Shown here in pieces: positions 47,730 to 58,181 of a DNA stretch of 64,000 nucleotides (its first letter is position 1; each line of letters begins with the position of its first letter). The position numbers and the translations under genes are program-made. Origin of the DNA: a virus (lineage: Duplodnaviria; Caudoviricetes); IMG/VR virus record IMGVR_UViG_3300032266_000694, positions 57 to 64,056 of that record; one strand, written 5' to 3'. The notes under the pieces were generated by a model, which did not search any database, was not told where the DNA came from, and worked only from the letters and a program-made list of their open reading frames with translations.

Positions 47730-48320
47730 TTAAATAGAAATCCCCTCAATCTTGCCTGTGTCCGAATCGAATTTGTCGTATAGTCTCTGGGCGTCGTGTC
47801 TCTGGAATGTGCATCTGTTTTCAACCTCTCCGTCGTTACTTGCTCCATTGCCTTGGCTTCCTTCTGTTGAGCCAGACTGAGATTTTCCATTTTCTTTTTC
47901 GTTGCTGGTTTCGTCTTCTAAACCTTGAGCAGACTCTCGAGAACTTTGAGATCCGCCTTCATTGCCTACACCTATGCGGGATGTCTGTTCGGAGTCTTGA
48001 CCACGAGTCTGCTCTTGGGAATTTGTCGACTCCAGATCACCAGAGACCTTGCTTGAAACAGACGATTCATTGGACGTGGTGACCCTTGACTCTCTTCCAC
48101 CTTCGGTGGCTGTTGCCTCAACAAGCCTTTGATAAGAAGATGACTGGTGGGTTTTGAGAAGAGTCATCTCAAAATCAATCTTTTCTGGGAGATCCACCAT
48201 TACCCCTGTGTTTGGATTGGCCTGTGAAGCATTTCGAGACAACGCAATCCCTCTCCGCACTTTGAAGAGGATATTCTCGATGACGCTGGCAGAAGAGGCG
48301 AGTGGTACGACAAGGGCCAT
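47730..48320 (-). CDS. Trypco2-like N-half protein with long polar Pro-free tail
   Basis: IENILFKVRRGIALSRNASQANP.TGVMVDLPEKIDFEMTL; paralog of 46415-47038. Confidence 0.6.
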   Translation of the reverse strand: MALVVPLASSASVIENILFKVRRGIALSRNASQANPNTGVMVDLPEKIDFEMTLLKTHQSSSYQRLVEATATEGGRESRVTTSNESSVSSKVSGDLESTNSQEQTRGQDSEQTSRIGVGNEGGSQSSRESAQGLEDETSNEKENGKSQSGSTEGSQGNGASNDGEVENRCTFQRHDAQRLYDKFDSDTGKIEGISI

Positions 48321-48321
48321 A

Positions 48322-49865
48322 CTAGAACCCCACAGGAGTCATCATTATGTTCATCGCACCGCTGATAGGCTCGTGGTACGACTTCAAGAAGGCCAAGGAC
48401 TCCGACGCCTTCTTTACGATAAGGTTTTTGTCTAGGTCTGGTTTGAGCAGGGAAGTTGTCGCCAGCTCCCCAACGATAAGGGGAACTAAGAAGGCCTCAA
48501 TATCAGAGCTGGGGGTGTAGATCCCAATAGGAATCTGTAGATCCGAGAGAACCAACTGCTGTGGCTCTAGCGAAGCCGAGAAGCGGATTGAGGAAGCCTT
48601 TGTAGGCAAGGGGATGACCCGAACTAAAGCCCTAGCCCCACCGCCAATAGTGTCTCCGAGGTATTCTGCCGTGTAGTAAGCGGGAAGCCCGCTCTGCCTA
48701 TAATAAGTAAGGGTGTCTTGGCGTACTGGAGCTTCTGAAAGAAAGGTTAGGCGATGGTCTTCGTCCCAGATTACAGACCCTTCGATGCGACGGATTGGTG
48801 CCCACAATGGGATCGCATCGTCATAAAGCAGACCAGTATATGTCCCAGTTGCTAAAGACCACGGATCACGAAGGGTAGATCCAATGCCAAGAGGACACTT
48901 GCGATCACCGACTTCAAGAGTATCCCCGATCCGTTCGGTATCAGAGGACAGGGTGAGGCCTGTCACATTCCTAGATCCTTGGGTCAGTCCAACCGACACG
49001 CTTACAGGGGCAAGCTGGAACGAGGTGACAGGAGTTGTCTTACGCCCAGAAGGGGCTGAAAAGTAGTATTTCGCAAACCCAGCATTGATCGCACCAATTA
49101 GTGTAGAGGCTTGGTCTACTGGGATTGAAATTGGATCGTTCGGTAGGTTAGTGAACGAGATTACCCTTTGGGCGAGCTGTAATGATGTCATTTGGCCTCC
49201 TCCAGGGTTTTCAACGCCCTGTCATACTCGGCCTTTAACAAAGGCTCTCTCTGTTTGCTTTTATCGGCAAAAAACAACGAACTGCTGGATAGGTAGCGGG
49301 CGATGGGCAACAGCAGGGTCTCTGCGTAGTTGTGAGGCATCGGGATAATTGTGGAGGCCGAATAATCGCTAGTTGTAAAAGCAGGGGCTTTAATCGAAAC
49401 CTCGACGGAAAGAGCTGTGCTTGTGGTGGGAGAAGGCACAACAAACATCGTGATCTTGGTGGAATCGGCGGCGTCTGGGGAAGGCCGTTTCTCGTCTGCA
49501 AAGTAGGCTTGGGGTGGCGCACCAGTAAGGGCAGTCAGACTGCCAGCATAGATTGAGGCAAATGAATCGTACTCGCCTCGTGTGCGGATGGGACGAAGGC
49601 CTACGCCGTCAGAAACACGCTTTACAGGGCCGAGAACCGCTTCAACCGATTCATCGAGCGTGACGTTATTTGAGTTGGCTGAAATCGTCGCAGTAATCGT
49701 CTGGCGTGTGTAGTAATCCAAGAGCCGATGCCCCTTGGCCCAAATGAGTTGTAACGCCGAATTAAGGTCGTTGAATATCCGCCTCCGCATAATTTCGGGG
49801 GCAGATGCGTTATTAGGGATGCCGAATACTTCATAAATTGCATCTATGGCTTGGGTGACGTTCAT
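48322..49865 (-). CDS. Two paralogous head-tail adaptor/tail tubular-like proteins (48322-49191, 49188-49865)
   Basis: Both have the G.P..Y...I.V.P.P...IP....E..LVP pattern typical of podoviral adaptors and lie downstream of the capsid gene. Confidence 0.65.
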
Positions 49866-50152
49866 ACAGCCACCGCCTTGCGAGGCCTCCTAGGCTTTTC
49901 CAAAGGGGCAGGGGTTTCATCAATAACAGGCTCATCTTTAAGAATCTTAACTGATGGCCTATAGAAAGCATCTTTCGTAGCGAAAATATCATCCACCGAT
50001 GAGGAATCCTCTTGGCTAATAACGCCTCGATTCCAGACATGGGTATTAAATTCGTTGTTCCAGATAAAAGTGTAGTACCTACCAGAACCACCAGAGAGTC
50101 TGATGGCTGGGTTGTAGCGTGAAGAACCAGTAATTGTGATGACGAGATTCAT
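49862..50152 (-). CDS. Hypothetical virion protein
   Basis: 96 aa ORF following the capsid gene. Confidence 0.6.
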   Translation of the reverse strand: MNLVITITGSSRYNPAIRLSGGSGRYYTFIWNNEFNTHVWNRGVISQEDSSSVDDIFATKDAFYRPSVKILKDEPVIDETPAPLEKPRRPRKAVAV

Positions 50153-50193
50153 AAAAGGAAAGGCGGGGCCGAGGGTTTCCCCCGACCCCGCTC
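50153..50193 (-). terminator. GC hairpin/terminator after capsid gene
   Basis: GCGGGGTCGGGGGAAACCCTCGGCCCCGC followed by CTTTCCTTTT. Confidence 0.7.
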
Positions 50194-50203
50194 TCCAATA
50201 GAC

Positions 50204-51799
50204 TTAGATATTGTCCACGGGCAACACCAACCCTGCGTAACGAACAGCGTGGTTCAGTACGAGGTAGTTGGGTTGTTCGCCGTCAACACGGACATAAGGG
50301 CTTTGCCCAAAGATGCTCGTGATGTAGGTCTTGCGAATGAACTCGCCATCGAACGTCTCTTCGGAACGCTCGCCGTCCAAGGATCCGTAACCGCGAACTG
50401 CGGCCATAGCTCCCAGAACCATCGTGCGACCAATCGGTACGCCCGCCGCATTACACTCGATAACCAAATCGCCAACTGCGTGTGAGTTGGTGATCTTGGT
50501 GTTATCAAATGCGTTGGTGTTGAGGGTGACACCTTCGGTTGCATTCCATCCAGTCGTGGCCGTGGTGGCTTTGACTGCAAGGGTGTTACTTGCGCCAGGA
50601 GTGGCGTCGGAAGGAATCAATGCCTTGGTGATGTTCAGCGTGTTTCCGTCGTTCCCAGCGACTGCTCCTACGGTTGTATATTTGTACAAGCCGTACTTTC
50701 CGCTTGAGAGGATCAGAACGTATCCACCAGTAAACGAAGTCCCGCTGGCCGTGCCAGTAGGATTCGAGAAGTCAATCGACCCCTCTACGCCACTTGTGAA
50801 TACCTGATTCCCACCAGTCGGGTAGGTGTACCCGCTGAAGAACTTGAAGTACTTCGGAGCGGTTTTCGCGGCGGCGGTAGCAGATCCACCACCCTTGAGG
50901 GTGAGGGAGGTCTTGCTGGCGGCCAAGATATCAGAAGCAGAGACGATTGCGACGCCCAAGCTGGCTTTGGCGTTGATCGGAGATCCGATCGCACCGAAAC
51001 CATCGTGGTCGGCAGGGTCAAACTGACGGATGACGTGACCATCGAGGTCAACGTATCCACCAGTGAACTGCTTCGCACCTTCACCTTCAGCGGCGGCGGC
51101 GGCGTTCAAGGCGGCCAGATATTTCGATTCGCTCTTGAGGGAAAGCAAGCCTTCGCCTGTGGAAACGATAACGAACTTCTGGATCTTGTTCTTGCCAACT
51201 TGGCCGATGGTCGCAGGGCGAGCCCCACGAGTGCGGAGTTGCTGACCAGCGGCGATCAAGCCGTCATAGGAGAGGGTATCGGTATGCGTCAGCGCATTGA
51301 TCGAGGCCTTTCCGTTAGCCTGGTAGTAGTTTTTCGCAGTACCTTTGTGGAGGAACAGCTTCTGGAGGCGTTCGGTTTTCATCCGTCCGAGCCAGTTGCC
51401 GAGCATCACAGGCACATTGCTCTTCAATTCGCTGGCGAGAGCAGTTTTCTCCTCGAGCCGACGATTGTAAGAGACAGCGTGACGCAAGAAATCCACAGTC
51501 AGATTATAAGATCCGACTCGGAAGTCTTCCGTGTTGTCTTGGATGAGTGTTTCACCCTGCACGCCTTCGCCGTAGAGTTGAGCCATCGTGCGGAACGTGA
51601 TTTTCGTCCCTGCACCTTTGCTCAAGTCCCGAACGGACATGACTGGGTAGCTTTCTGTGGGTCCCTCGAACTGCTGAAAGAAATTCTCAGCGGCCTCCGA
51701 GAGTTGAACCCCTTTCTTCCAAAGTTCGGGAAGAAAATTGGAAGCTTGCGACGACACATCGGTCGTCGCGTTGTTTGTAGGAATTAAAAGGTTAGCCAT
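50204..51799 (-). CDS. Major capsid protein (N4-gp56/DUF4043-like)
   Basis: DLSKGAG.KITF...L.GEGVQGE...L.VD..RHAV; strong SD AGGAGG; follows the scaffold gene; carries a Thr/Gly-rich inserted domain. Confidence 0.88.
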   Translation of the reverse strand: MANLLIPTNNATTDVSSQASNFLPELWKKGVQLSEAAENFFQQFEGPTESYPVMSVRDLSKGAGTKITFRTMAQLYGEGVQGETLIQDNTEDFRVGSYNLTVDFLRHAVSYNRRLEEKTALASELKSNVPVMLGNWLGRMKTERLQKLFLHKGTAKNYYQANGKASINALTHTDTLSYDGLIAAGQQLRTRGARPATIGQVGKNKIQKFVIVSTGEGLLSLKSESKYLAALNAAAAAEGEGAKQFTGGYVDLDGHVIRQFDPADHDGFGAIGSPINAKASLGVAIVSASDILAASKTSLTLKGGGSATAAAKTAPKYFKFFSGYTYPTGGNQVFTSGVEGSIDFSNPTGTASGTSFTGGYVLILSSGKYGLYKYTTVGAVAGNDGNTLNITKALIPSDATPGASNTLAVKATTATTGWNATEGVTLNTNAFDNTKITNSHAVGDLVIECNAAGVPIGRTMVLGAMAAVRGYGSLDGERSEETFDGEFIRKTYITSIFGQSPYVRVDGEQPNYLVLNHAVRYAGLVLPVDNI

Positions 51800-51839
51800 T
51801 TTAATATCCTCCTATTCTTTTGTGTTCGTAAGCCTCGCC

Positions 51840-52808
51840 CTACAGCTTGGCCATCAAGAGCTGATACGCCTCTAGGTCGTCCAGTTTGTTAGCCAAGTCT
51901 CTAGCATTAAGCGGGGCTTGTGGAGTTGTGCGGGCGTTACCGCTCGCTGGTTGAATTGACGGAGCCTTGCGGGCGACACTTGGCGAGGGTGCTTTTGCAC
52001 TAGGGTTGCGAGGTGCAATCCCAAGCTCATTAGCGGCCATTTGTGTCAGCTTGAATGGCATCGAGGGGTCTCTTACGAGGGGATTCCCTGTATCGACCAT
52101 AACGTCGAAGATTTCATTCATCTTCTTAACAAGGGCTGAATCGGCCTTGCCCGCATCGGGATAAAACTCCACGGCACGAGCTTTCGCTTCTTCGATTCCC
52201 TTGGCACGTTGCGTCTGCTGAACATTTTCACGCTCCACGGCCATCTTTTCAGATTTCCGAAGCTCTCTGTTCAGTTTCAGCATCTCGACTTCAAGTTCGG
52301 CAACCTTGTCGAATTCAAGATTCTTAAAAGCGGCGGCTTTCGCCTGTGCTACTTCTTCAATCTTGTTTTCGATGTCGGCGGGAGCTACGAACTGCTCCTC
52401 TTGTGCCTTGGCTGGTTCAGCCTCTCCTTTGACCATGGCCATAGCCTGTTCAAGGGTGAGGTCTGGATTCCTAGCCCGAATCTTGAGAGCTTTGCGTTCA
52501 TTCTCCGACCAGCTTCCGATCCGCACCCTTTCGGGGAGTTCGGCTTCTGCTTCTGGAGTCTCGTCTTCGGCCTTGGGTTCGACTGGAGCTTCCTCGACCG
52601 CAGGGGCTTGTTCAGCCGTAGGCTCTTCCTTGGGAGCCTCTGGAGTCTGGGCGGGTTCCGCCGATTCTTTTAAGCCTTGAACGAGTTCGTGATAAGCACG
52701 CTCATCAAGTGTCGCCACGTTAGATTCCGTCCGTGCAGTAACTTGTGGTTCTGCACCCGTTGTTTGAGGGGTTATCTCGGCTTGCGCCAGAGTGTTATTT
52801 TCGCTCAT
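51840..52808 (-). CDS. Capsid scaffolding protein
   Basis: Acidic Glu/Pro/Ala N-terminus and coiled coil, immediately upstream of the capsid gene. Confidence 0.75.
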   Translation of the reverse strand: MSENNTLAQAEITPQTTGAEPQVTARTESNVATLDERAYHELVQGLKESAEPAQTPEAPKEEPTAEQAPAVEEAPVEPKAEDETPEAEAELPERVRIGSWSENERKALKIRARNPDLTLEQAMAMVKGEAEPAKAQEEQFVAPADIENKIEEVAQAKAAAFKNLEFDKVAELEVEMLKLNRELRKSEKMAVERENVQQTQRAKGIEEAKARAVEFYPDAGKADSALVKKMNEIFDVMVDTGNPLVRDPSMPFKLTQMAANELGIAPRNPSAKAPSPSVARKAPSIQPASGNARTTPQAPLNARDLANKLDDLEAYQLLMAKL

Positions 52809-52916
52809 GACATAAGCCAAAAGATCCAGAGCAAGAACGGAAGAGATTTGTTAGTGGATGCGACGCATAGTGATAGGCGAGGTTGCTGGATAGGATCTGG
52901 AGCGGATTAGTTGAGC

Positions 52917-53462
52917 ATGAGCAATATGAAATCCCTTGGCCCGCTAGGGGTTAGCCCAGCGTCTGGGTATGGGTATGTTTCTGGGTCGAATGCCGCAAGG
53001 TTTTTTGGTGAGGGGACTATCACCCCCAAGTTCTTTGCTTGGCACGCATTTTTCCAGATCCGACCAGGAAAGTTTACTGGTAGCGTTATGTCAAAATATT
53101 ATGTCGGCCCTAAAGGCTCATTTATTTACGGATCTACAGCTGAAGTTCAAGGCCTTGACGAAGCGCTAACTCCAGCGGGGACAAAGACTTATGTATATAT
53201 TGAGTGCGGTGTAACAGATGCGGCGATAACTACCGCTGAAATCAAGGGGTACTCAACTCAAAAGCCCTTGTTTGAGCCAGAGGCCGAACTTTCGGAGCAG
53301 ACGAAGGTACGTCACTTCCTTGGCCTTGTTGTAAAGCAGAGGCCGTTTCCAAAATTTGGGCATAATTTAACCTACCCAGTAATTCAAAGCTCATTTTCTG
53401 TCCCAATCGCCGTCCCTGCGTGTATCAATGGATATCGTGGGGTTCTGATTACAACTTCATGA
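52917..53462 (+). CDS. Putative tail protein
   Basis: Beta-rich ORF, first gene of an inverted late operon. Confidence 0.55.
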   Translation: MSNMKSLGPLGVSPASGYGYVSGSNAARFFGEGTITPKFFAWHAFFQIRPGKFTGSVMSKYYVGPKGSFIYGSTAEVQGLDEALTPAGTKTYVYIECGVTDAAITTAEIKGYSTQKPLFEPEAELSEQTKVRHFLGLVVKQRPFPKFGHNLTYPVIQSSFSVPIAVPACINGYRGVLITTS

Positions 53463-56017
53463 AGGGCAGACGCACTTCCTTCCAGCGTTTTGGGAGTATG
53501 GTCGGAGTTCAAGGGTCAGCTCTTAACAAGTGGCCGAGGGGTTATGAAGTCCGTAGGGACATGAACACACCCATATCCAGCTCTCCTCCAACAGATCAGT
53601 CTGATGGCAAAGGCATTTATAACCTAACGCTAAAAAATAACGACCAGCTTGAATACACGCCGTCAGAGGCCGACATGGGTGAAGAGGTGTATGGTTGTAT
53701 CACATCTGGATACACGAAAAACCAGAAAGCTCCTCAAATCGAGTACAATTCAGATATTGCTATAGCTAACAGGCGAGAGAGAGAAGATTACGAAGCCGAG
53801 AAATATCACTTCTCTAGCTCTGGGCGCATTTGGGCAGTTGGAGAAAACCGAGAGGTTGGAAGTGTAGATAGTTCCTGTATCCCTACAGAAAATGTCCCGC
53901 TAGTAGCTAATTCCAAGTTCAAGATGAAGTTTTGGGATGAAGCAACAAGCAAAATGATAGAAATCCCAAAAGGTGCTGGATTCACTTCTGGAAGTTTGGT
54001 TAGGCCGATCGCTTTCAGCGATAAGGCTGACAAAATGCCGAATGGTGCTGGAGTGGCTGGTATGCGTGCCCACACGATTGAGGGCGTACCAATCAAGATT
54101 GCTCATGCAATCCTAAATCGTTGCAAGGAGGTCTCCCTAACTGGTTCTGTTGATTACACCATAGAAAGAAACAGCAAGGAGTGTGAGGGTCCAACAACAA
54201 GCACTTATAGTTGGACTTCCGAGAGTGGCCCTAATGGATGTCCACCAGGAACGTGCGAGGACACAAGTGGAAGCATCACGCTTACGTGTGTCTCTGAGAA
54301 ACAAACTACAAAGATTGGCCTTACTGGCTCGTTTGACATGACTGCCTATAGGTACAAGCAACTATCGGATGTATGGGAAGACCCAACGTCGCTAGATTTG
54401 TCCCTAAATTACTTTTATGGAAGCGTGGAAGATGGTGCTTCGTTAAGGAAAGTCTCACTTTCGAGTTGCGATCCAGAATCAGATAGCGTCAATACGCCAA
54501 TTCCTCCACCGACGCTTGAATATATCACTGATTACGACAAGCAGACAAAGTTAAGCTCTGGATGTCTGGTCTACCCGCACTCTAACAACACCATCCTTTG
54601 CGCCACGCTAGAGGACAACCTAAAGACAACTGACTTTACTGCGGATAACTGCATTCCAAGTACGGCAAAGACAACTTACGACCTAATCACATCGCCATAC
54701 TCATTCTATGTCTACGCAAATTATCTTTATGACACAGATAATTTTTTCCCAGACGGAGTTCCTCGTGGCCTCCCGCAGATATGCCCACAGCTTATTGCTG
54801 GCCCAAGCCTTGAAGCTTTTTTCCAAGGTGATGGCTGGGATTTTAGCGGGATTGGAATTGAGGGGCCAGAGCCTTGGTATACTGATAACGACTGCGGAGA
54901 TAAGTCGCAAAACTATAAGAACTACAAAATGGATTGGAAAGGTACTGGCCTCAAGAAGGTCATTCTATCTGGAACGTGCGGAAATGGCTTTGCTGGTATG
55001 GGTAAATATGACAGGAAGGGTTCTAGCGGTTGCGAATGCGACTCGGGTTGCGAGGCGTGTACAAACAAATACGGAGACTTAAAGTTCAGCTGTGAATGCC
55101 AGCCCCTGTGCAATGATCCAGATTATAGCGGTGGTTTTGATGAAAACCCATGCAATGGCGAGCGCAAGGACAAGTGCGATGGTAATTTCAGAGCTAGGAT
55201 TGCAATCGGAAAATATGTCGGAGTCGAAAATTACTCGCCGTTCAAACTTTACAATGTTGCGCCAGTTCCGCTTTCAACAAAGGCAACAACAAAGACAGAA
55301 GATCTGACTCTGTGGTGGTTTGCTGCTTTTACGGATATACTTGAGTACGCTTGGTATCTCGAAACTGGATTGCTATCCGTTCCAGTTTATCTTAACGCTG
55401 AAAGCATTAAGATGCCCTCTGACAATTCTGTAACAAGATATGAGAAGAAAACTGTAGGGAATCTGACAGTCAAATGTGATGACTGGTCAACCACAATACC
55501 GCTGTTGGGCATCTTTGGTATATCCAAAGAGACGGAGTGCAAAGGCAATAGTAACTCTGACGGGTATAACGTAATCGTTGGATCCGAATCTGGCACACCA
55601 CGGCAATATTGTGTTGGGTGTGACGGGGCGGATTTACAGTATTGCTGTTCGGCGAGCGGATGTAGCGGATCAGAGGGGCAGGGTGATTGTTGCGTGTCAA
55701 CTTATTGCGGGATTGATGACCCATGCGGTTATGCTTACAGGTCATCAAACTATGGGCATGAGTGCGACCAAAACAAAAATGCTGGGGATTGCTCTGGTTC
55801 GTGTGAAGAGCATTACGAGGACTGCGGGTGTTGTGGGTGTGGTGATGACACAACATACTGCGATGTACCATGTCCGCCATATACAACTTGCAAACCTTAC
55901 AAAGTAACCCAGCAATTCAAAGCATTGGGTTGCTACGGCGACGCCCACGAAGAAGACAAACACGAAGCATCAGTAAACCTCACGCTTGAATTCAAACTTT
56001 TCACAGAAATGGAGTAA
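53459..56017 (+). CDS. Large cysteine-rich putative tail/receptor-binding protein
   Basis: ~850 aa with dense Cys clusters (e.g. YCCSASGCSG, DCGCCGCGDDTTYCDVPCPP). Confidence 0.65.
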   Translation: MKGRRTSFQRFGSMVGVQGSALNKWPRGYEVRRDMNTPISSSPPTDQSDGKGIYNLTLKNNDQLEYTPSEADMGEEVYGCITSGYTKNQKAPQIEYNSDIAIANRREREDYEAEKYHFSSSGRIWAVGENREVGSVDSSCIPTENVPLVANSKFKMKFWDEATSKMIEIPKGAGFTSGSLVRPIAFSDKADKMPNGAGVAGMRAHTIEGVPIKIAHAILNRCKEVSLTGSVDYTIERNSKECEGPTTSTYSWTSESGPNGCPPGTCEDTSGSITLTCVSEKQTTKIGLTGSFDMTAYRYKQLSDVWEDPTSLDLSLNYFYGSVEDGASLRKVSLSSCDPESDSVNTPIPPPTLEYITDYDKQTKLSSGCLVYPHSNNTILCATLEDNLKTTDFTADNCIPSTAKTTYDLITSPYSFYVYANYLYDTDNFFPDGVPRGLPQICPQLIAGPSLEAFFQGDGWDFSGIGIEGPEPWYTDNDCGDKSQNYKNYKMDWKGTGLKKVILSGTCGNGFAGMGKYDRKGSSGCECDSGCEACTNKYGDLKFSCECQPLCNDPDYSGGFDENPCNGERKDKCDGNFRARIAIGKYVGVENYSPFKLYNVAPVPLSTKATTKTEDLTLWWFAAFTDILEYAWYLETGLLSVPVYLNAESIKMPSDNSVTRYEKKTVGNLTVKCDDWSTTIPLLGIFGISKETECKGNSNSDGYNVIVGSESGTPRQYCVGCDGADLQYCCSASGCSGSEGQGDCCVSTYCGIDDPCGYAYRSSNYGHECDQNKNAGDCSGSCEEHYEDCGCCGCGDDTTYCDVPCPPYTTCKPYKVTQQFKALGCYGDAHEEDKHEASVNLTLEFKLFTEME

Positions 56018-56018
56018 T

Positions 56019-56630
56019 ATGAACAAATCAGAACTGGTATGGAACGAAACTGGAATTGTTATGACCCAAGGCCTTATGTGCCTAGAGGTTGACAGGCGAG
56101 TTTTTAAGCTAGATCCAAACTCCCCAGACCAACTGATGCTTGAGCTTGGCCGTACAAAGACCCTCCAGTACGAAAGTTCTAGTAGAACCGCCTATCTCTT
56201 TGAGGCTCCGATGAAGGAAGACGTGCCTCACTTAAGGCCTTTTGTGAAAAGGGGGATGATCGGTAGGTGCTATGAATCAAATGCTTTAACCCATCAGACC
56301 ATCACAAGCGATTGGGTTTGCTCTGTGGATGGCGATATTCTCCCATCTCCTCGGCCTGTCCTTGAGTTGTTTTATAGGGCTCCGTCTCTTGTCCAACAGG
56401 CCATGTCGTTTGGATCTGCCATAAAAAAGGCTACTTCCGATGGGACTTTAGCGACTAAAGTAAGGCCAGAGACGTTCGCCTTCCGTAAGGAAATCTGTTT
56501 TGGGTGCGAGTACTACGATCCCTCAGCTTTCTTGGGTACTGGAAGGTGCAGGGTGTGTGGATGCGGGGTGGGTAAGTTGCACATGCCGTCCCAGAGCTGT
56601 CCTAAAGGGAAATGGGGTAAAGAAGAATGA
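56019..56630 (+). CDS. Protein with C-terminal DUF6171-like Cys domain
   Basis: RKEICFGCEYY...GRCRVCGC...K..MPSQSCPKGKW. Confidence 0.7.
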   Translation: MNKSELVWNETGIVMTQGLMCLEVDRRVFKLDPNSPDQLMLELGRTKTLQYESSSRTAYLFEAPMKEDVPHLRPFVKRGMIGRCYESNALTHQTITSDWVCSVDGDILPSPRPVLELFYRAPSLVQQAMSFGSAIKKATSDGTLATKVRPETFAFRKEICFGCEYYDPSAFLGTGRCRVCGCGVGKLHMPSQSCPKGKWGKEE

Positions 56631-58006
56631 TCGTTGTGATGCAGATCTGGGACGGAGACAAGGACGACTCCGTAATGACGGCAAAGGCTGTCAAAGAGGA
56701 GTACCCCGACTGCCAGCTTGGGATCCTAGCCAATAACTGCGTCCATCCAGAAGAGCTGGAGGGCTATGCTGACTTAATCCATACGACAACCGAGGATGTC
56801 TACCATGATCGAGCAGGGGGTTTAGCTATCCACGAGCTACTCGTTTTAGGTCTTCGCTTGTCTGGGAAGGTGATCGTTAAGATAGATCCAAACACGGACA
56901 TATCTTTTCAAGAAGGCCTCGAGGAGGAGCTAATCAGTAGGAGCGGGGTATTCGGTCAGCTTAATATGATCGAAAGAGACCAGTTGCTCGTTTCAGCCAG
57001 TATATTCGCAGTCTCCAGAATCACCGCCAGAGAGGTTGTGGATTCTTGTATCTTGCTTGATACCGCCATCCAGAACCCTTCAACAGGCAACCAAGCAATG
57101 CTTCGTAGGTACTTTAACCCAAAGAAGGGACTTTCATCGCACGACTGGCCGATTGCCTACGCCTCGTCAGTATTGGGTATCCCGCACCACTATTCTGGCA
57201 AGTTTTTAGAAGCGTTTCGTCACAAACCACGAGAGCGTGTTTCAACGATGATGTTCAAGAAGACCCCCGAAGAGACTTCTAGCGGAATCGTGATTCCTCC
57301 AAGTGCCACAGATTTGCGTTCCGAGATCCTTGCCGAGTCACCAGAACACATTGGGCTTAACAAGGCCATTGAGTTTCTATCAATGATCTGGGGTAGTGAA
57401 GGAGTCTCCATATCCATGAAGCGTGACCCAGATGCTCGGATGTATATCGGTGATAAGATGGATTCTGATGGGGTTCTTCATCATTCCGCACCCACATTCA
57501 ACGACATAGCAGAAGCCAAGAAGGTGCTTAAAGAGGGTGTGTTTTCTTTCAAGGTAATGAATGCCAAGCCAGACAACGGAGCGGGGGTTTCGATGCTTGT
57601 CTTGGACGTTGACCGCCCAATCCCAGAAGACTGCCAAGCCTCGGTCATCTCAACCTCTCATACCCACTCCCAGATCTTCATGCTGATGGATCAAAACATC
57701 ACACAGGAACAAGCCGTAGAGCTTATCAAAGAAGCCGACTTCGCCGACAAGAGCGGAAGTAAGGCCACAACCTTGCTGGTGGGAGTCCGAGTACCAGGAT
57801 CTGCGTCTTACGAGGAGGTTTGCCTACACAATACAACTGAAGACAGATGCACCGCCCATAAGGTTTTGGCTGACGAAAAGGTTCGGCTGGTCAAGCTCGT
57901 GGATAAATTCTTTACTTACGACGAGGCTCTGGCCGTGATTCGTGGCCTTGCAGAATCCTATAAAGTGCGGCCTCCTGTGACGGAACCAGAGCCAGTACTT
58001 CCTTAA
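56627..58006 (+). CDS. Fusion: glycosyltransferase-like N-terminus and primase(RepB/AEP)-like C-terminus
   Basis: N-terminal VIVKIDPNT (DxD-like); C-terminal LVLDVD...ISTSHTHSQ...VRVPGS. Confidence 0.4.
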   Translation: MIVVMQIWDGDKDDSVMTAKAVKEEYPDCQLGILANNCVHPEELEGYADLIHTTTEDVYHDRAGGLAIHELLVLGLRLSGKVIVKIDPNTDISFQEGLEEELISRSGVFGQLNMIERDQLLVSASIFAVSRITAREVVDSCILLDTAIQNPSTGNQAMLRRYFNPKKGLSSHDWPIAYASSVLGIPHHYSGKFLEAFRHKPRERVSTMMFKKTPEETSSGIVIPPSATDLRSEILAESPEHIGLNKAIEFLSMIWGSEGVSISMKRDPDARMYIGDKMDSDGVLHHSAPTFNDIAEAKKVLKEGVFSFKVMNAKPDNGAGVSMLVLDVDRPIPEDCQASVISTSHTHSQIFMLMDQNITQEQAVELIKEADFADKSGSKATTLLVGVRVPGSASYEEVCLHNTTEDRCTAHKVLADEKVRLVKLVDKFFTYDEALAVIRGLAESYKVRPPVTEPEPVLP

Positions 58007-58181
58007 CTGCCATATACGCTGAATGCCTGTTTTGACGTTCTTCTGGGGTAATCCCAGCCTCTAAAACTGCTTCTTTAAGCCCTTCCAGATGCCTTGAAAG
58101 GGTCGGTAGGTACCACTCGTTGTACCCAGAATTGTCTTTTAGCCGCTCTATGAGTGCCAGTTGGCTGGCGGGATCGCTCAT
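57912..58181 (-). CDS. Small post-portal protein
   Basis: 89 aa helical ORF coupled to the portal stop. Confidence 0.65.
   Translation of the reverse strand: MSDPASQLALIERLKDNSGYNEWYLPTLSRHLEGLKEAVLEAGITPEERQNRHSAYMAVKEVLALVPSQEAALYRILQGHESRPEPRRK

Noticed and set aside
47720-47732. Read-through or frameshift fusing the Trypco-like N-half to the poly-Ser ORF
   Set aside because: The frames differ, no slippery site is evident, and a strong SD (TAAGGAGG) precedes the second ATG.
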